Assembly (NCBI GenBank): GCA_036475545.1
Contig: JAZGAE010000036.1
Span: 1 to 60,513 of the forward strand
Reading direction: 5' to 3'
DNA length: 60,513 nt
From: Alphaproteobacteria bacterium
Lineage (GTDB): Bacteria; Pseudomonadota; Alphaproteobacteria; DATDPM01
Shown: positions 34,751 through 46,129 of the stretch, piece after piece
Position numbering within the stretch: the first letter of the stretch is position 1
Layout of the letters: each line of letters opens with the position of its first letter
Made by a program: the position numbers and the translations under genes
The notes under the pieces: generated by a model
Told to the model about the DNA's origin: nothing
Seen by the model: the letters and a program-made list of their open reading frames with translations, nothing else
Database searches by the model: none

Positions 34751-37740
34751 CGCCCCGGCGCGCCGTCTTCACGATTCCCCCGGGCAAGCCCTTCGTCGAT
34801 GCGCTTGCCGCGGGCGTATTGGCGGGGGCCCTGGGAATCGACGCCGAGGACCCTCTCGCGCTCGCGCGCGCGACCATCCTGCTTCCCACCCGGCGCGCCT
34901 GCCGGGCGCTGGTCGAGGCGTTCCTGCGCCAGGGCGGGGGGCGGGCGATGCTGCTGCCGAGGGTCATGGCCCTGGGCGACATCGACGAGGACGAGCTCGA
35001 ACTCGGCGCCGGCGAGTCGCTCGGCGCCGCCGCACACGTGCCGCCCGCCATCCCCGAGCTTCGCCGGCAGCTTTTGCTGGCCGCGAGCGTCATGCGCTGG
35101 GCCGCGGAGCTTCGACAGGAACCGGTGCCGGCCGATCAGGCGGCCCGGCTCGCGCGCGAGCTGGCGCGGCTCCTCGATCGGGTGCAGACCGAACAGCTCT
35201 CCTTCGACCGCCTCGCCGATCTGGTCCCCGAGGACTACGCCGCGCACTGGCAGCTGACCCTCGATTTCCTGAAGATCCTCACCCGGGACTGGCCCGAAAT
35301 CCTGGCCGCGGAGGGCTGCATCGACCCCGCCCAGCGGCGCAACGAGCTCCTGGCGGCGCAGGCGAAGGCCTGGGAGGCGGATCCCCCCACCGATCCCGTG
35401 ATCGCCGCCGGCACCACCGGCAGCATCCCCGCCACCGCCGCCCTGCTAGAGCGGATCGTGCGGCTGCCGCGCGGCGCGCTGGTGCTTCCCGGGCTCGACC
35501 TCCGGCTCGACGAGGAGAGCTGGCAAGCCCTCGACGAAACGCACCCCCAGTTCGCCATGGCGCGGCTGCTCGAGCGGCTGGAGGTGCCGCGCGAGGCGGT
35601 CCGCGAGTGGGACGCTGGCGAGGTCGAGTCCGCCAGCCCCGCCCGCGCGGCGCTCGTCTCCGAGGCCTTGCGTCCCGCCGAGACCACCGACGCCTGGCGG
35701 TCCCGCGCGTCCCGCGCGCGCGGCTCCGCCCGGGGCGCGCTCGAGGGCGTGGTGCGCATCGACTGCCCGAGCCCGCGGGAGGAGGCGGGAGCGATCGCGC
35801 TCCTCATGCGCGAGGCGCTCGAGACCCCGGGCAAGCGCGCCGCCCTCGTGACCCCAGACCGGGGACTCGCGCGCCGGGTGGCGGCGGAGCTGCGCCGCTG
35901 GGGGATCGATGTGGACGATTCCGCCGGGACGCCGCTTTGCGACACGCCGCCCGGGTCGTATTTGCGGCTCACCGCCGCCCTGGTCGCGGAAGGCTGGGCG
36001 CCGCTGCCCCTGCTTTCGGCGCTCAAGCATCCATTGGCGGCCGGAGGGGCGCGGCCGGCTTCGTTCCGGGCGACGGTGCGGGCGCTGGAGCGCGCCGTGC
36101 TGCGCGGCCCCCGCCCGGGCGAGGGCCTTGCCGGGCTCCGCGCCGCGCTCAGGGCCAGCGGCGCGCTCGACGCGCGGCGCCGCAAGCGGCTGGAGGCCTG
36201 GCTGGAGCGCTTGCACGAGGCCGCGCGCCCCTTCACCGATCAGATGACGCGGGACCGCGCGGAGCTGGCGGAGCTCGTCCGCGCCCATGTCACCTTCGCC
36301 GAGGCGCTCGCCGCCAGCGCCGCGGACGAGGGACACGAGCGGTTGTGGGCCGGCGACGCCGGAGAGGCGGCGGCCGCCTTCGTCGCCAAGCTCCTTCAGG
36401 CCGCGGCGGGCTTCCCTTCCCTCCCCGGGGTCTCGTATCCGGGGCTCCTGGAGGCGGTGATGGCGGGCCGCGTCGTGCGTCCGCGCTACGGGCGCCACCC
36501 GCGGCTCTTCATCTGGGGTCCCCTGGAGGCCAGGCTCCAGCACGTCGATCTGATGATCCTGGGCGCGTTCAACGAGGGCACCTGGCCACCTGAATCCAGG
36601 GCGGACCCGTGGATGAGCCGGCCCATGCGCGCCGAGTTCGGCCTGCCCCTGCCGGAGCGGCGAATCGGGCTCAGCGCCCACGATTTCGCCCAGGCCTTCT
36701 CGGCGCCCGAGGTGGCGCTCACCCGCGCCACCCGGGTCGAGGGCAGCCCCACGGTCGAGTCGCGGTGGTTGCTCCGGCTCGAGAACCTTTTGCCTGAGGG
36801 CGGGAAGATCCCGCGGGGCGAGAGGTACCTGCACTGGCACGCCCAGCTCGACAAGCCGGCGCGGCTTCATCCCCTGGAGCCGCCGGCGCCCAAGCCGCCC
36901 GTCTCCGCCCGTCCCCGCAAGATCCGGGTCACCGAGGTCGAGACCCTTATCCGCGACCCCTACGCCGTCTACGCGCGCCGCGTGCTGGGCCTCGAGCCCC
37001 TGGACCCGATCGACGCCGATCCCGGCGCCGCCGAGAGGGGAAGCTTCATCCACCTCGCCCTCGAGCGCTTCGTGCAAGAATTCCCGGGCGATCTGCCCGA
37101 GGACGCGGTGGAACGGCTGCTGGCCCTGGGCCGCGAGGCCTTCGGCGACGCCCTCGCTAGGCCCGGGGTGCGCGCCTTCTGGTGGCCCAGGTTCGAGCGC
37201 GTCGCGCACTGGTTCATAGGCTACGAGCGCAAGCGCCGCGCCGAGGGCGTAACGCCGCTCGAGATCGAGGTGCGCGGGGAGCTCGAGCTTTCCGGGCCCG
37301 CGGGCCCGGTGGCGCTGGTGGCCAAGGCCGACCGCATCGACCGGCTTCCCGACTCGGGGCTCGCCATCCTGGACTACAAGACCGGCGCCGTGCCGAGCGG
37401 ACCGCAGGTGACGAGCGGCCTCGCCCCGCAACTGCCCTTGGAGGCGGCCATCGCCGCCGCCGGGGGCTTCGACGGCGTGCCTTCGGAGACCGTGGCGGAA
37501 CTCGCTTACGTGCGCCTTACCGGCCGCGGCGCGGGCGGAGAGGTGCGCGTGCTCGCCGACGACCCGACGCAAATGGCGGCCGAGGCCCTGGCCGGACTGG
37601 AACGGCTCATGGCCGCCTTCGACCGGCCGGCGACCCCCTATCGCTCGCGGCCCCGCCCCATGTTCGAGCGCCGCTTCGGCGAATACGACCATCTCGCCCG
37701 GGTCAAGGAGTGGTCGTCCGGCCTGGGAGAGGGCGAATGA
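34747..37740 (+). CDS. addB: double-strand break repair protein AddB (alphaproteobacterial type)
   Basis: ATG 34747 overlaps the murU stop (ATGA). The product is about 997 aa with a C-terminal PD-(D/E)xK-like segment ..ADRIDRLPDSGLAILDYKTG. Confidence 0.85.
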   Translation: MTPRRAVFTIPPGKPFVDALAAGVLAGALGIDAEDPLALARATILLPTRRACRALVEAFLRQGGGRAMLLPRVMALGDIDEDELELGAGESLGAAAHVPPAIPELRRQLLLAASVMRWAAELRQEPVPADQAARLARELARLLDRVQTEQLSFDRLADLVPEDYAAHWQLTLDFLKILTRDWPEILAAEGCIDPAQRRNELLAAQAKAWEADPPTDPVIAAGTTGSIPATAALLERIVRLPRGALVLPGLDLRLDEESWQALDETHPQFAMARLLERLEVPREAVREWDAGEVESASPARAALVSEALRPAETTDAWRSRASRARGSARGALEGVVRIDCPSPREEAGAIALLMREALETPGKRAALVTPDRGLARRVAAELRRWGIDVDDSAGTPLCDTPPGSYLRLTAALVAEGWAPLPLLSALKHPLAAGGARPASFRATVRALERAVLRGPRPGEGLAGLRAALRASGALDARRRKRLEAWLERLHEAARPFTDQMTRDRAELAELVRAHVTFAEALAASAADEGHERLWAGDAGEAAAAFVAKLLQAAAGFPSLPGVSYPGLLEAVMAGRVVRPRYGRHPRLFIWGPLEARLQHVDLMILGAFNEGTWPPESRADPWMSRPMRAEFGLPLPERRIGLSAHDFAQAFSAPEVALTRATRVEGSPTVESRWLLRLENLLPEGGKIPRGERYLHWHAQLDKPARLHPLEPPAPKPPVSARPRKIRVTEVETLIRDPYAVYARRVLGLEPLDPIDADPGAAERGSFIHLALERFVQEFPGDLPEDAVERLLALGREAFGDALARPGVRAFWWPRFERVAHWFIGYERKRRAEGVTPLEIEVRGELELSGPAGPVALVAKADRIDRLPDSGLAILDYKTGAVPSGPQVTSGLAPQLPLEAAIAAAGGFDGVPSETVAELAYVRLTGRGAGGEVRVLADDPTQMAAEALAGLERLMAAFDRPATPYRSRPRPMFERRFGEYDHLARVKEWSSGLGEGE

Positions 37741-40700
37741 CGGCGGCCGCCGCGGACCTGCGCCGCGCGGTGGAGGCCAACCAGCGCGCCGCCGCCGATC
37801 CCTCCACCTCGGTCTGGGTGGCGGCCAACGCAGGCTCGGGCAAGACCCGCGTGCTGGTGGACCGGGTCGTGCGCCTGATGCTGGAGGGTACGCCGCCCGC
37901 GAGAATCCTGTGCCTCACCTTCACCCGGGCGGCGGCGGCGGAGATGGAGGGCCGTCTCTACAAGCACCTGGGGAAATGGGCGGTCGTGCCCGACAACGAG
38001 CTCAAGAAGGAGTTGCGCCACCTCGTGGGCCGCCCGGTCGCCGCCGACGAGCTGGCCCCCGCCCGCCGGCTCTTCGCCCGGGCCCTGGATACTCCGGGGG
38101 GCCTCAAGATCCAGACCATCCACGCCTTCTGCGAATCCCTCATCGGGCGGTTCCCGCTCGAGGCCGGCGTCGCCCCCCATTTCGCGGTCATGGACGAACG
38201 GACCGCGGCGGAACTGCTGGAGGACGCCCGCGACCGCGTCTTCGTCGAGTGCCAGGCGGGCCGGAACCCCAGCCTCGCCGCGGCGCTCAATGAGGTCGTC
38301 GGGCTCGTCGACGAGGCCGCGTTCGCCGAGGTGATGCGCGACGTCGGCGGCAAGCGCGGGCGGTTCCGCCAGATGCGCGACGGCGCCGGCGGCGTCGAGG
38401 GCCTGATCGGGGCGATCCGCGCCGCTCTCGGGCTCGACGAGGGCCAGACGGCCGCCTCGGTGGTCGCGGACGCCTGCGAGAACAGCGCATTCGACGCGCA
38501 AGCGCTGCGGCGCGCCTGCGCCGCTCTCGATCTAGGCACGGACAAGGACAGGGCCCGGGCCGCGCGGATGCGCGCCTGGCTCGACCGCCCCAAGGCTCGG
38601 GCGGACGGCTTCGATACGTACAAGGCCGTGTTTCTCACCGCCAAGGACGAGCCCCGCGCCGAGACCGGCCTGATCACCAAGGCGGCGCGGCAGGCGGACG
38701 GCGAGGCGGCGGCGGCCCTGCTCGAGGAGCAGGCGCGCGTTCACCGCGTCATCGAGCGGCTCAAGGCGGTCGCCGTGGCCGAGTCCACCGCCGCGCTCGT
38801 CCGCCTCGCCCAGGCGGTCCTCGACGCCTACGAGGCGCGCAAGGCGGCCCGCGCGCTGCTCGACTACGACGACCTCATCCTCAAGGCCCAGGCCCTTTTG
38901 GACGCCGGTGGCGGGGCCTCCTGGGTCCTGTTCAAGCTCGACGGCGGCATCGACCACATCCTCATCGACGAGGCCCAGGATACGAGCCCCGAGCAATGGG
39001 AGGTGGTCGCAGCCCTCGCCGACGAGTTCTTCGCCGGCCTCGGGGCGCGGCACGAGGGCCTGGGCCCGCGCACCGTGTTCGCCGTGGGCGACGAGAAACA
39101 GTCGATCTACAGCTTCCAGGGGGTCGATCCCGAGGCGTTCGAGCGGATGCGCGCCTATTTCAGCCGGCGCGTGGCCGAGGCGGGCGAAGCCTGGCGCGAC
39201 GTCGACATGGAGCTTTCCTTCCGCTCGGCCCCCAGCGTCCTCGAGGCCGTCGACCTGGTCTTCGCGCGGGAGCTGGCACGCGACGGCGTCACCGCCGCGA
39301 ACCGGGAGATACGCCATGATACGGACCGCGCGGGCCACGCCGGGCTCGTCGAGCTGTGGCCGACCGTAACGCCGAGGGAGCGAAGCGAGCCTCAGCCGTG
39401 GGACGCGCCGCTCGACCAGCTTCCGGTGGACAGCCCGGCGGCGCGCCTGGCCGAGCGCATCGCCGGCCAGATTCAGCGCTGGATGGAGAAGGGGGAGATC
39501 CTGGAGTCCCAGGGCCGGCCGATGCGGCCCGGCGACGTCATGATCCTGGTGCGCCGGCGCGACGCCTTCTTCGACGAGATGGTGCGCTGCCTCAAACACC
39601 GTGGCGTGTCGGTGGCCGGCACCGACCGCATGATCTTGACCGAGCAGATGGCGGTGATGGACCTCGCGGCGATCGGCGAGTTTCTCCTGCTCCCCGAGGA
39701 CGACCTCACGCTTGCCGTGGTGCTGAAGGGGCCGCTCTTCGGCTTCGACGACGATGACCTGTTCGAGTTGGCCCATGACCGCCCGCGCAAGGAAAGACTA
39801 TGGAGCGCGCTCAAGCGCCGGCGCCGTGATCGGCCGCTCTTCAACGAGGCCTACGGGCGGCTTCTTGGCCTGTTGGCCAAGGCGGACACCATGCCGCCCT
39901 TCGATCTGTTCGCCGAGCTCCTGGGCCGCGGCCGCGGCCGCGAACGCCTGCTCGCCCGGCTTGGCCCCGACGCCGGCGATCCCATCGACGAGTTCCTGTC
40001 GCTGACGCTTGAGTACGGGCGGGCCCACGCGCCGTCGCTGCAGGGATTTCTCCACTGGCTGGGGGCGGCCCCAACCGAGGTCAAGCGCGACCTGGAGCGG
40101 GGGCGCGACGAGGTGCGCGTGATGACCGTCCACGGGGCCAAGGGGCTCGAGGCCGACGTGGTGTTCCTGCCCGACACCTGCACGGTCCCGGATTACAGGC
40201 ACGACGAACGGCTCCTGTGGGTTGCCGGCGGCGGATCGCGGATCATGCTGTGGTCGGTGCCGAGCGGCAACGACGAGGAAGTCTGCGGCGCGGCGCGCGC
40301 GAAGGCCCGGCTGCGGCGGCAGCAGGAGTACCGCCGGCTGCTCTATGTGGCGATGACGCGGGCGCGCGACCGTCTCTACGTTTGCGGCTGGGAGCGGAGC
40401 CGAGGCCGCCAGGAAGGCTGCTGGTACGACCTGATCGCGGACGCGATCCGCGATCGCGCGGACGAGGTGCCGCTCGAATTCGGAGAAACGGGCTGGCGGC
40501 TCGCCAACCCGCAGAGGGTGGACCCCGAGGGCCGGCCCGGTTCCGAGGGCGGGGCCGCGCCGCGCCGACTGCCGCCCTGGGCGCGCGCGACGCCGACGCC
40601 GGAGCCGGCCCCGCCGAAGCCGCTGGCGCCGTCCCGTCCCCGCGACGAGGAGCCGCCGGCGATCTCGCCCTTGGCCACGGGCACCGGTGCGCGGGAGACG

Positions 40701-41192
40701 CGGCTGCTGCGCGGCCAGCTCGTGCACAGCCTGCTTCAGTTCCTGCCCGGTCTGCCGCCCGTGGCGCGGGATGCGGCCTGCCGCCGGTACCTGTCGCGGC
40801 CCCTCCATGGGCTCGATGCGCGCGCCCAGGACGCGATCGCCCGCGAGACCCTCGCGATCCTCGAGGACCCGGCGTTTTCGGCCCTGTTCGGGCCGGGCTC
40901 GAAGGCCGAAGTGCCGCTCGCCGGGCTCGCCGGGGGCGTCGCGGTCTCGGGGCAGGTGGACCGGCTCCTGGTCGGTGAAGACGGCGTCCAGGTGATCGAC
41001 TACAAGACCAACCGGCCGGTGCCCGAAGCCCCCGAGGCGGTGCCGACGGTCTATCTCAAGCAGATGGCCGCCTACCGGGCGGTCCTTGCCACCATCTATC
41101 CGAGGCGGCCCGTGACATGCGCGCTGTTGTGGACTCACGGGCCGCGGCTGATGCCGCTCGCGGACGAGCTTCTCGACCGTTACGCGCCTTGA
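37737..41192 (+). CDS. addA: double-strand break repair helicase-nuclease AddA (UvrD-like)
   Basis: ATG 37737 overlaps the addB stop. It has Walker A ANAGSGKTRVL, the helicase motifs DEAQDTSP and TVHGAKGLE, and a C-terminal nuclease motif VDRLLV..VIDYKT. Confidence 0.9.
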   Translation: MTAAAADLRRAVEANQRAAADPSTSVWVAANAGSGKTRVLVDRVVRLMLEGTPPARILCLTFTRAAAAEMEGRLYKHLGKWAVVPDNELKKELRHLVGRPVAADELAPARRLFARALDTPGGLKIQTIHAFCESLIGRFPLEAGVAPHFAVMDERTAAELLEDARDRVFVECQAGRNPSLAAALNEVVGLVDEAAFAEVMRDVGGKRGRFRQMRDGAGGVEGLIGAIRAALGLDEGQTAASVVADACENSAFDAQALRRACAALDLGTDKDRARAARMRAWLDRPKARADGFDTYKAVFLTAKDEPRAETGLITKAARQADGEAAAALLEEQARVHRVIERLKAVAVAESTAALVRLAQAVLDAYEARKAARALLDYDDLILKAQALLDAGGGASWVLFKLDGGIDHILIDEAQDTSPEQWEVVAALADEFFAGLGARHEGLGPRTVFAVGDEKQSIYSFQGVDPEAFERMRAYFSRRVAEAGEAWRDVDMELSFRSAPSVLEAVDLVFARELARDGVTAANREIRHDTDRAGHAGLVELWPTVTPRERSEPQPWDAPLDQLPVDSPAARLAERIAGQIQRWMEKGEILESQGRPMRPGDVMILVRRRDAFFDEMVRCLKHRGVSVAGTDRMILTEQMAVMDLAAIGEFLLLPEDDLTLAVVLKGPLFGFDDDDLFELAHDRPRKERLWSALKRRRRDRPLFNEAYGRLLGLLAKADTMPPFDLFAELLGRGRGRERLLARLGPDAGDPIDEFLSLTLEYGRAHAPSLQGFLHWLGAAPTEVKRDLERGRDEVRVMTVHGAKGLEADVVFLPDTCTVPDYRHDERLLWVAGGGSRIMLWSVPSGNDEEVCGAARAKARLRRQQEYRRLLYVAMTRARDRLYVCGWERSRGRQEGCWYDLIADAIRDRADEVPLEFGETGWRLANPQRVDPEGRPGSEGGAAPRRLPPWARATPTPEPAPPKPLAPSRPRDEEPPAISPLATGTGARETRLLRGQLVHSLLQFLPGLPPVARDAACRRYLSRPLHGLDARAQDAIARETLAILEDPAFSALFGPGSKAEVPLAGLAGGVAVSGQVDRLLVGEDGVQVIDYKTNRPVPEAPEAVPTVYLKQMAAYRAVLATIYPRRPVTCALLWTHGPRLMPLADELLDRYAP

Positions 41193-41309
41193 CGGGGCAC
41201 TGGCCGGTCCCTAGATTCAGGCGAGCGTTGGCGGCGGGAAATCGCGCGGGAAGACCGCCTCGCGGCCCTAGGGAGGCCCCCCCGCAACGCCTGAGCCTTG
41301 GGGAGCATA

Positions 41310-41630
41310 ATGACGCCGACACATGTCACGGACGAGACGTTCGAGGCGGAGGTCCTCAAGGCGAAGGGCCCCGTTCTCGTCGACTTCTGGGCGGAATGGT
41401 GCGCCCCCTGCCTGCAGATCGCGCCGATCCTCGAGGAGATCGCCAGGGAGTTGAACGGCAAGATCAAGGTGGCGAAGGTGAACATCGACCACAGCCCCGC
41501 GACGCCCACCAAATACGGCGTGCGCGGCATCCCTACGCTGATAGTGTTCAAGGACGGCCAGGTCGCCGCCACCAAGGTCGGAAGCCTCCCCCGGAGCAAG
41601 CTCTACGCATGGGTCGAATCGATCCTGTGA
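41310..41630 (+). CDS. trxA: thioredoxin (active site WCAPC)
   Basis: 106 aa from ATG 41310. It has the canonical Trx fold pattern ..VLVDFWAEWCAPCLQIAP..YGVRGIPTLIVFKDG.. Confidence 0.9.
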   Translation: MTPTHVTDETFEAEVLKAKGPVLVDFWAEWCAPCLQIAPILEEIARELNGKIKVAKVNIDHSPATPTKYGVRGIPTLIVFKDGQVAATKVGSLPRSKLYAWVESIL

Positions 41631-41658
41631 CGGCGCCCGGCCCGCGCCAAGGTGGACC

Positions 41659-41679
41659 CCCGCCCCCGGGCGGGTTTTT
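41659..41679 (+). terminator. intrinsic terminator after trxA
   Basis: CCCGCC / GGCGGG stem (41659-41664 and 41669-41674) followed by TTTTT (41675-41679). Confidence 0.6.
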
Positions 41680-41732
41680 CATGCCCTAGAGATCAGGCCC
41701 CGGTGACAGGGAGTAGCGCCGTGCGCGCACCC

Positions 41733-43064
41733 CTACCGGTTCTTGGCCAGCACCTTGCCGACCAGGTAAAGCGAGCCGCAGATCAGAATGCGCGCCGGCC
41801 CGGGCGAGTCCTCGGCGATGGCCGCAATCGCCTCGTCGAAGCTTGCCGCGGGCTCGGCGGAAAGCCCCGCGCGGCGGGCGACCTCGGCCGCCTCGTCGGC
41901 TGACAGGCTTGCCTGTTCGCCGGCGATGGCGATGGTGCGCACGGAACTCACGAGAGGCGCCAGCGGCTTCAAGAAGCCGACGCCGTCCTTGGAGGCCAGG
42001 ATGCCGAACACCAGATGCAGCGGCCGGTCGCGCCAGCCGCCCGCGATCGCGGCCAGCGCGGATCCTGCCGCCGGATTGTGGCCTCCGTCCAGCCACACTT
42101 CCCAGCCGCCGCCGCCGAGACCGAGAAGCCCGTCGATCGGGGTGCCCCGGGTCAGCCGCTGCATCCGGCCCGGCCACTCGACCGCACGCAGCCCCTCCCG
42201 GATCGCGGCCTCGCCGACCCGGAAACCGGAAAGCTCTTCGAGACACGCGATGGCGAGGCCGGCGTTGTCCACCTGATGGGCCCCGGCGAGTGACGGGGCA
42301 GGGAGCTCCAGCGCCCGGGCCGCTCCTCGCCAGACCATGCCGCCGTCCACGGCCTCGGCCCACCAGTCCGCGCCGTGACGGACCAGCGGCGCGCCGATCG
42401 CCTCCGCCCGCGCCGCGATGGCTTCCGCAGCCTCAGGGTGCTGGGGCCCGATCACCGCCGGGACTCCGGGCTTGAGGATGCCCGCCTTCTCGCCCGCGAT
42501 CTCACTCAAGGTTTCGCCCAGGAACTGGACGTGATCGACGGAGACGGGGGTGATGGCGGTAATGAGCGGGCGCGCCACCATATTGGTGGCATCCAGCCTT
42601 CCGCCGAGCCCGGTCTCGATGAGCACGATGTCGGCCGGCGTCCTCGAGAAAGCGAGGAAGGCCGCGGCGGTGGTGATCTCGAAGAAGGTTATGGGCGCGC
42701 CTTCGTTCGCCGCCTCGCACTCCTCTAAGACCGCGATGAGCTCCCCGTCGCCGATGAGGCGGCCCGCGACCCGATAGCGTTCGTTGACGCGCACCAGGTG
42801 CGGCGAGGTATAGCCATGCACCCGGTAGCCGGCCGCCTCGAAGAAGGCGCGCAGGAAGGCGATCACCGAGCCTTTGCCGTTGGTCCCCGCCACGTGGATC
42901 ACCGGCGGAAGCCGCGCCTCGGGATTGCCCAGGGCGGCGAGCAGACGCTCGATCCTCTCGAGCGACAGGTCGATGATCTTGGGGTGCAGCCCCCACAGCC
43001 GCTGCAGCAGCGACTCAGTCTTTTCGGGGGCGATCTTCTCCGCCAGGCTGGCTTGTGCGGTCAT
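41733..43064 (-). CDS. folC: bifunctional folylpolyglutamate synthase / dihydrofolate synthase
   Basis: 443-aa ORF with the P-loop HVAGTNGKGS and Mur-ligase-like middle and C-terminal domains. Confidence 0.9.
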   Translation of the reverse strand: MTAQASLAEKIAPEKTESLLQRLWGLHPKIIDLSLERIERLLAALGNPEARLPPVIHVAGTNGKGSVIAFLRAFFEAAGYRVHGYTSPHLVRVNERYRVAGRLIGDGELIAVLEECEAANEGAPITFFEITTAAAFLAFSRTPADIVLIETGLGGRLDATNMVARPLITAITPVSVDHVQFLGETLSEIAGEKAGILKPGVPAVIGPQHPEAAEAIAARAEAIGAPLVRHGADWWAEAVDGGMVWRGAARALELPAPSLAGAHQVDNAGLAIACLEELSGFRVGEAAIREGLRAVEWPGRMQRLTRGTPIDGLLGLGGGGWEVWLDGGHNPAAGSALAAIAGGWRDRPLHLVFGILASKDGVGFLKPLAPLVSSVRTIAIAGEQASLSADEAAEVARRAGLSAEPAASFDEAIAAIAEDSPGPARILICGSLYLVGKVLAKNR

Positions 43065-43977
43065 AGCGTGCTGTGCTCGTCGGTATTTCCAATCCTGGTC
43101 GCGGCAGGGTCACCACGTCCCCCGCCGGGGCCGGGTTCTTGAGCAGGCTCAAGATGCGAATCAACGTGTCCTTCAGGTCGCGCCGGTGGACGACCATGTC
43201 GACCATCCCGTGTTCCAAAAGGTACTCGGCCCGTTGGAACCCCTCGGGCAGCCTTTCCCCGATGGTCTCCTCGATCACGCGGGAGCCGGCGAAGCAGATC
43301 ACCGCCCCCGGCTCGGCCACGGCGATGTCGCCGAGCATGGCGAACGAGGCCGAAACCCCGCCACTGGTGGGGTCCGTCAGCACCACGACATAGGGAAGGC
43401 CCGCGTCCTTGACCTCGTTGACGGCGATCGTGGTGCGGGGCAATTGCATGAGCGAGAGGGCGCCTTCCTGCATGCGCGCGCCCCCCGAGGCCGGGATCGC
43501 GATGAGCGGCGCGTCTTGCAAGACCGCGAGCCGGGCGGCGGCCAGGAACGCCTCGCCCACGGCCACCCCCATCGAGCCGCCCAGGAAGGCGAAATCGAAC
43601 GCCACTGCCACCACGGGCATGCCGCCCATGTTGCCATGAGCAACGAGAACGGCGTCCCGCCCCCCGGTGTTGCGATGGGCCTCCTTGAGCCGCTCGGTGT
43701 ACCGCCTGAGATCCCGGAATTTGAGGGGGTCGACGGCCACCTTGGGCAGCTCGATGGTCTGGTACTTGCCGTCGTCGAACAACAGCGCGCACCGCCGTTC
43801 GGCGTCGAGCCGCATGTGATGGTCGCAGTGCGGGCAGACGTTCAGGTTCGCATCGAGGTCGCGGCGAAAGATCATCTGCGCGCATTTGGGGCACTTTTCC
43901 CATAGGTTCTCGGGCACCTCCTTCTTGGCGACGAGGGCCCGGAGCTTGGGACGCACGAGTTTGGTGAGCCAGTTCAC
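43015..43977 (-). CDS. accD: acetyl-CoA carboxylase carboxyltransferase subunit beta
   Basis: GTG 43977 gives [12 protein letters not shown]... It has the zinc ribbon CPKC..CPHC and a carboxyltransferase domain ([13 protein letters not shown]). The longer listed ORF upstream is read-through of the trpA region. Confidence 0.9.
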   Translation of the reverse strand: MNWLTKLVRPKLRALVAKKEVPENLWEKCPKCAQMIFRRDLDANLNVCPHCDHHMRLDAERRCALLFDDGKYQTIELPKVAVDPLKFRDLRRYTERLKEAHRNTGGRDAVLVAHGNMGGMPVVAVAFDFAFLGGSMGVAVGEAFLAAARLAVLQDAPLIAIPASGGARMQEGALSLMQLPRTTIAVNEVKDAGLPYVVVLTDPTSGGVSASFAMLGDIAVAEPGAVICFAGSRVIEETIGERLPEGFQRAEYLLEHGMVDMVVHRRDLKDTLIRILSLLKNPAPAGDVVTLPRPGLEIPTSTARYDRTSQPGGEDRPRKD

Positions 43978-44852
43978 GAGCCTTGACCCGAGCCTCTGGC
44001 GCCGTGCACGCCCTCGGCCAGGGTGCGGGCGAAGGCGACCACCTCGTCCACCAGGCCGGGGCGCGGGGCGCCCTTGTCGTCGAGGCCCTCGGCGATCCGT
44101 TGCACCAGCGCCGAGCCGACCACGGCGGCGTCCGCCACCCGGGCGACGGCGGCCGCCTGTTCCGGCGACTTGATGCCGAAGCCCACGGCGATGGGTAGCT
44201 CGGTGTGGCGGCGCAGCCGCTCGACCGCCTCCGTCACGGCCTCGATCGAGGCGCTGCGCGTGCCGGTGATGCCGGTAATCGAGACGTAGTAGAGAAAGCC
44301 GCTGGTGTGGCTGAGGACCGTGGGCAAGCGCTCGTCGTCCGTCGTCGGCGTCGCCAGGCGGATGAAGTTGAGCCCCGCCGCGATCGCAGGAAGGCAAAGC
44401 TCCTCGTCCTCCTCCGGCGGCAGGTCCACCACGATGAGCCCGTCCACGCCCGCCTCGAGCGCGTCCCGGATGAAAGACTCGACGCCATAAATGTAGATCG
44501 GGTTGTAGTAGCCCATGAGGATCACGGGCGTCTCGTTGTCGCCCTCGCGAAAGGCGCGCACCTGGTCCACGGTCTTGGCGAGCGTCATGCCCGATTTTAG
44601 CGCCCGCGTGCTGCTCCACTGGATGGCGGGGCCGTCGGCCATGGGGTCGGAAAACGGCATGCCCAGCTCGATCAGGTCGGCGCCCGCCGCCGGCAGGCGG
44701 GTCATCAGCTCGAGCGAGGCCTCGGGATCGGGGTCGCCCGCGGTGATGAAGGTGACGAAGCCCGCGCGCCCTTGCCGGCGCAGCGCCTCGAACCGCCCGC
44801 GGATGCGCCCCGAATCCGGGGCCGTGGCGGCCACTGCCGAGCTCACCGGCAT
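43974..44852 (-). CDS. trpA: tryptophan synthase alpha chain
   Basis: ATG 44852 is in frame with ORF 43974..45662. ..[11 protein letters not shown].. and ..[15 protein letters not shown].. are motifs characteristic of TrpA. The stop overlaps the accD GTG. Confidence 0.9.
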   Translation of the reverse strand: MPVSSAVAATAPDSGRIRGRFEALRRQGRAGFVTFITAGDPDPEASLELMTRLPAAGADLIELGMPFSDPMADGPAIQWSSTRALKSGMTLAKTVDQVRAFREGDNETPVILMGYYNPIYIYGVESFIRDALEAGVDGLIVVDLPPEEDEELCLPAIAAGLNFIRLATPTTDDERLPTVLSHTSGFLYYVSITGITGTRSASIEAVTEAVERLRRHTELPIAVGFGIKSPEQAAAVARVADAAVVGSALVQRIAEGLDDKGAPRPGLVDEVVAFARTLAEGVHGARGSGQGS

Positions 44853-44863
44853 TTCCCGGACGT

Positions 44864-46075
<1,212 letters not shown>

Positions 46076-46129
46076 GGTCGGATTATGTGCCGAATGCCGC
46101 GCCGAATGAACCATAAGCCCGCGAATTCG

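Noticed and set aside
33006-41192. The chain of 4-8 nt start/stop overlaps tsaE-amgK-murU-addB-addA as a novel coupled system.
   Set aside because: This gene order is a well-known conserved alphaproteobacterial cluster, and overlaps are ordinary translational coupling.
43015-43064. 50-nt overlap between the accD 3' end and the folC start as an unusual feature.
   Set aside because: It most likely reflects uncertainty in the folC start codon or an ordinary operon overlap. No independent signal supports anything more.
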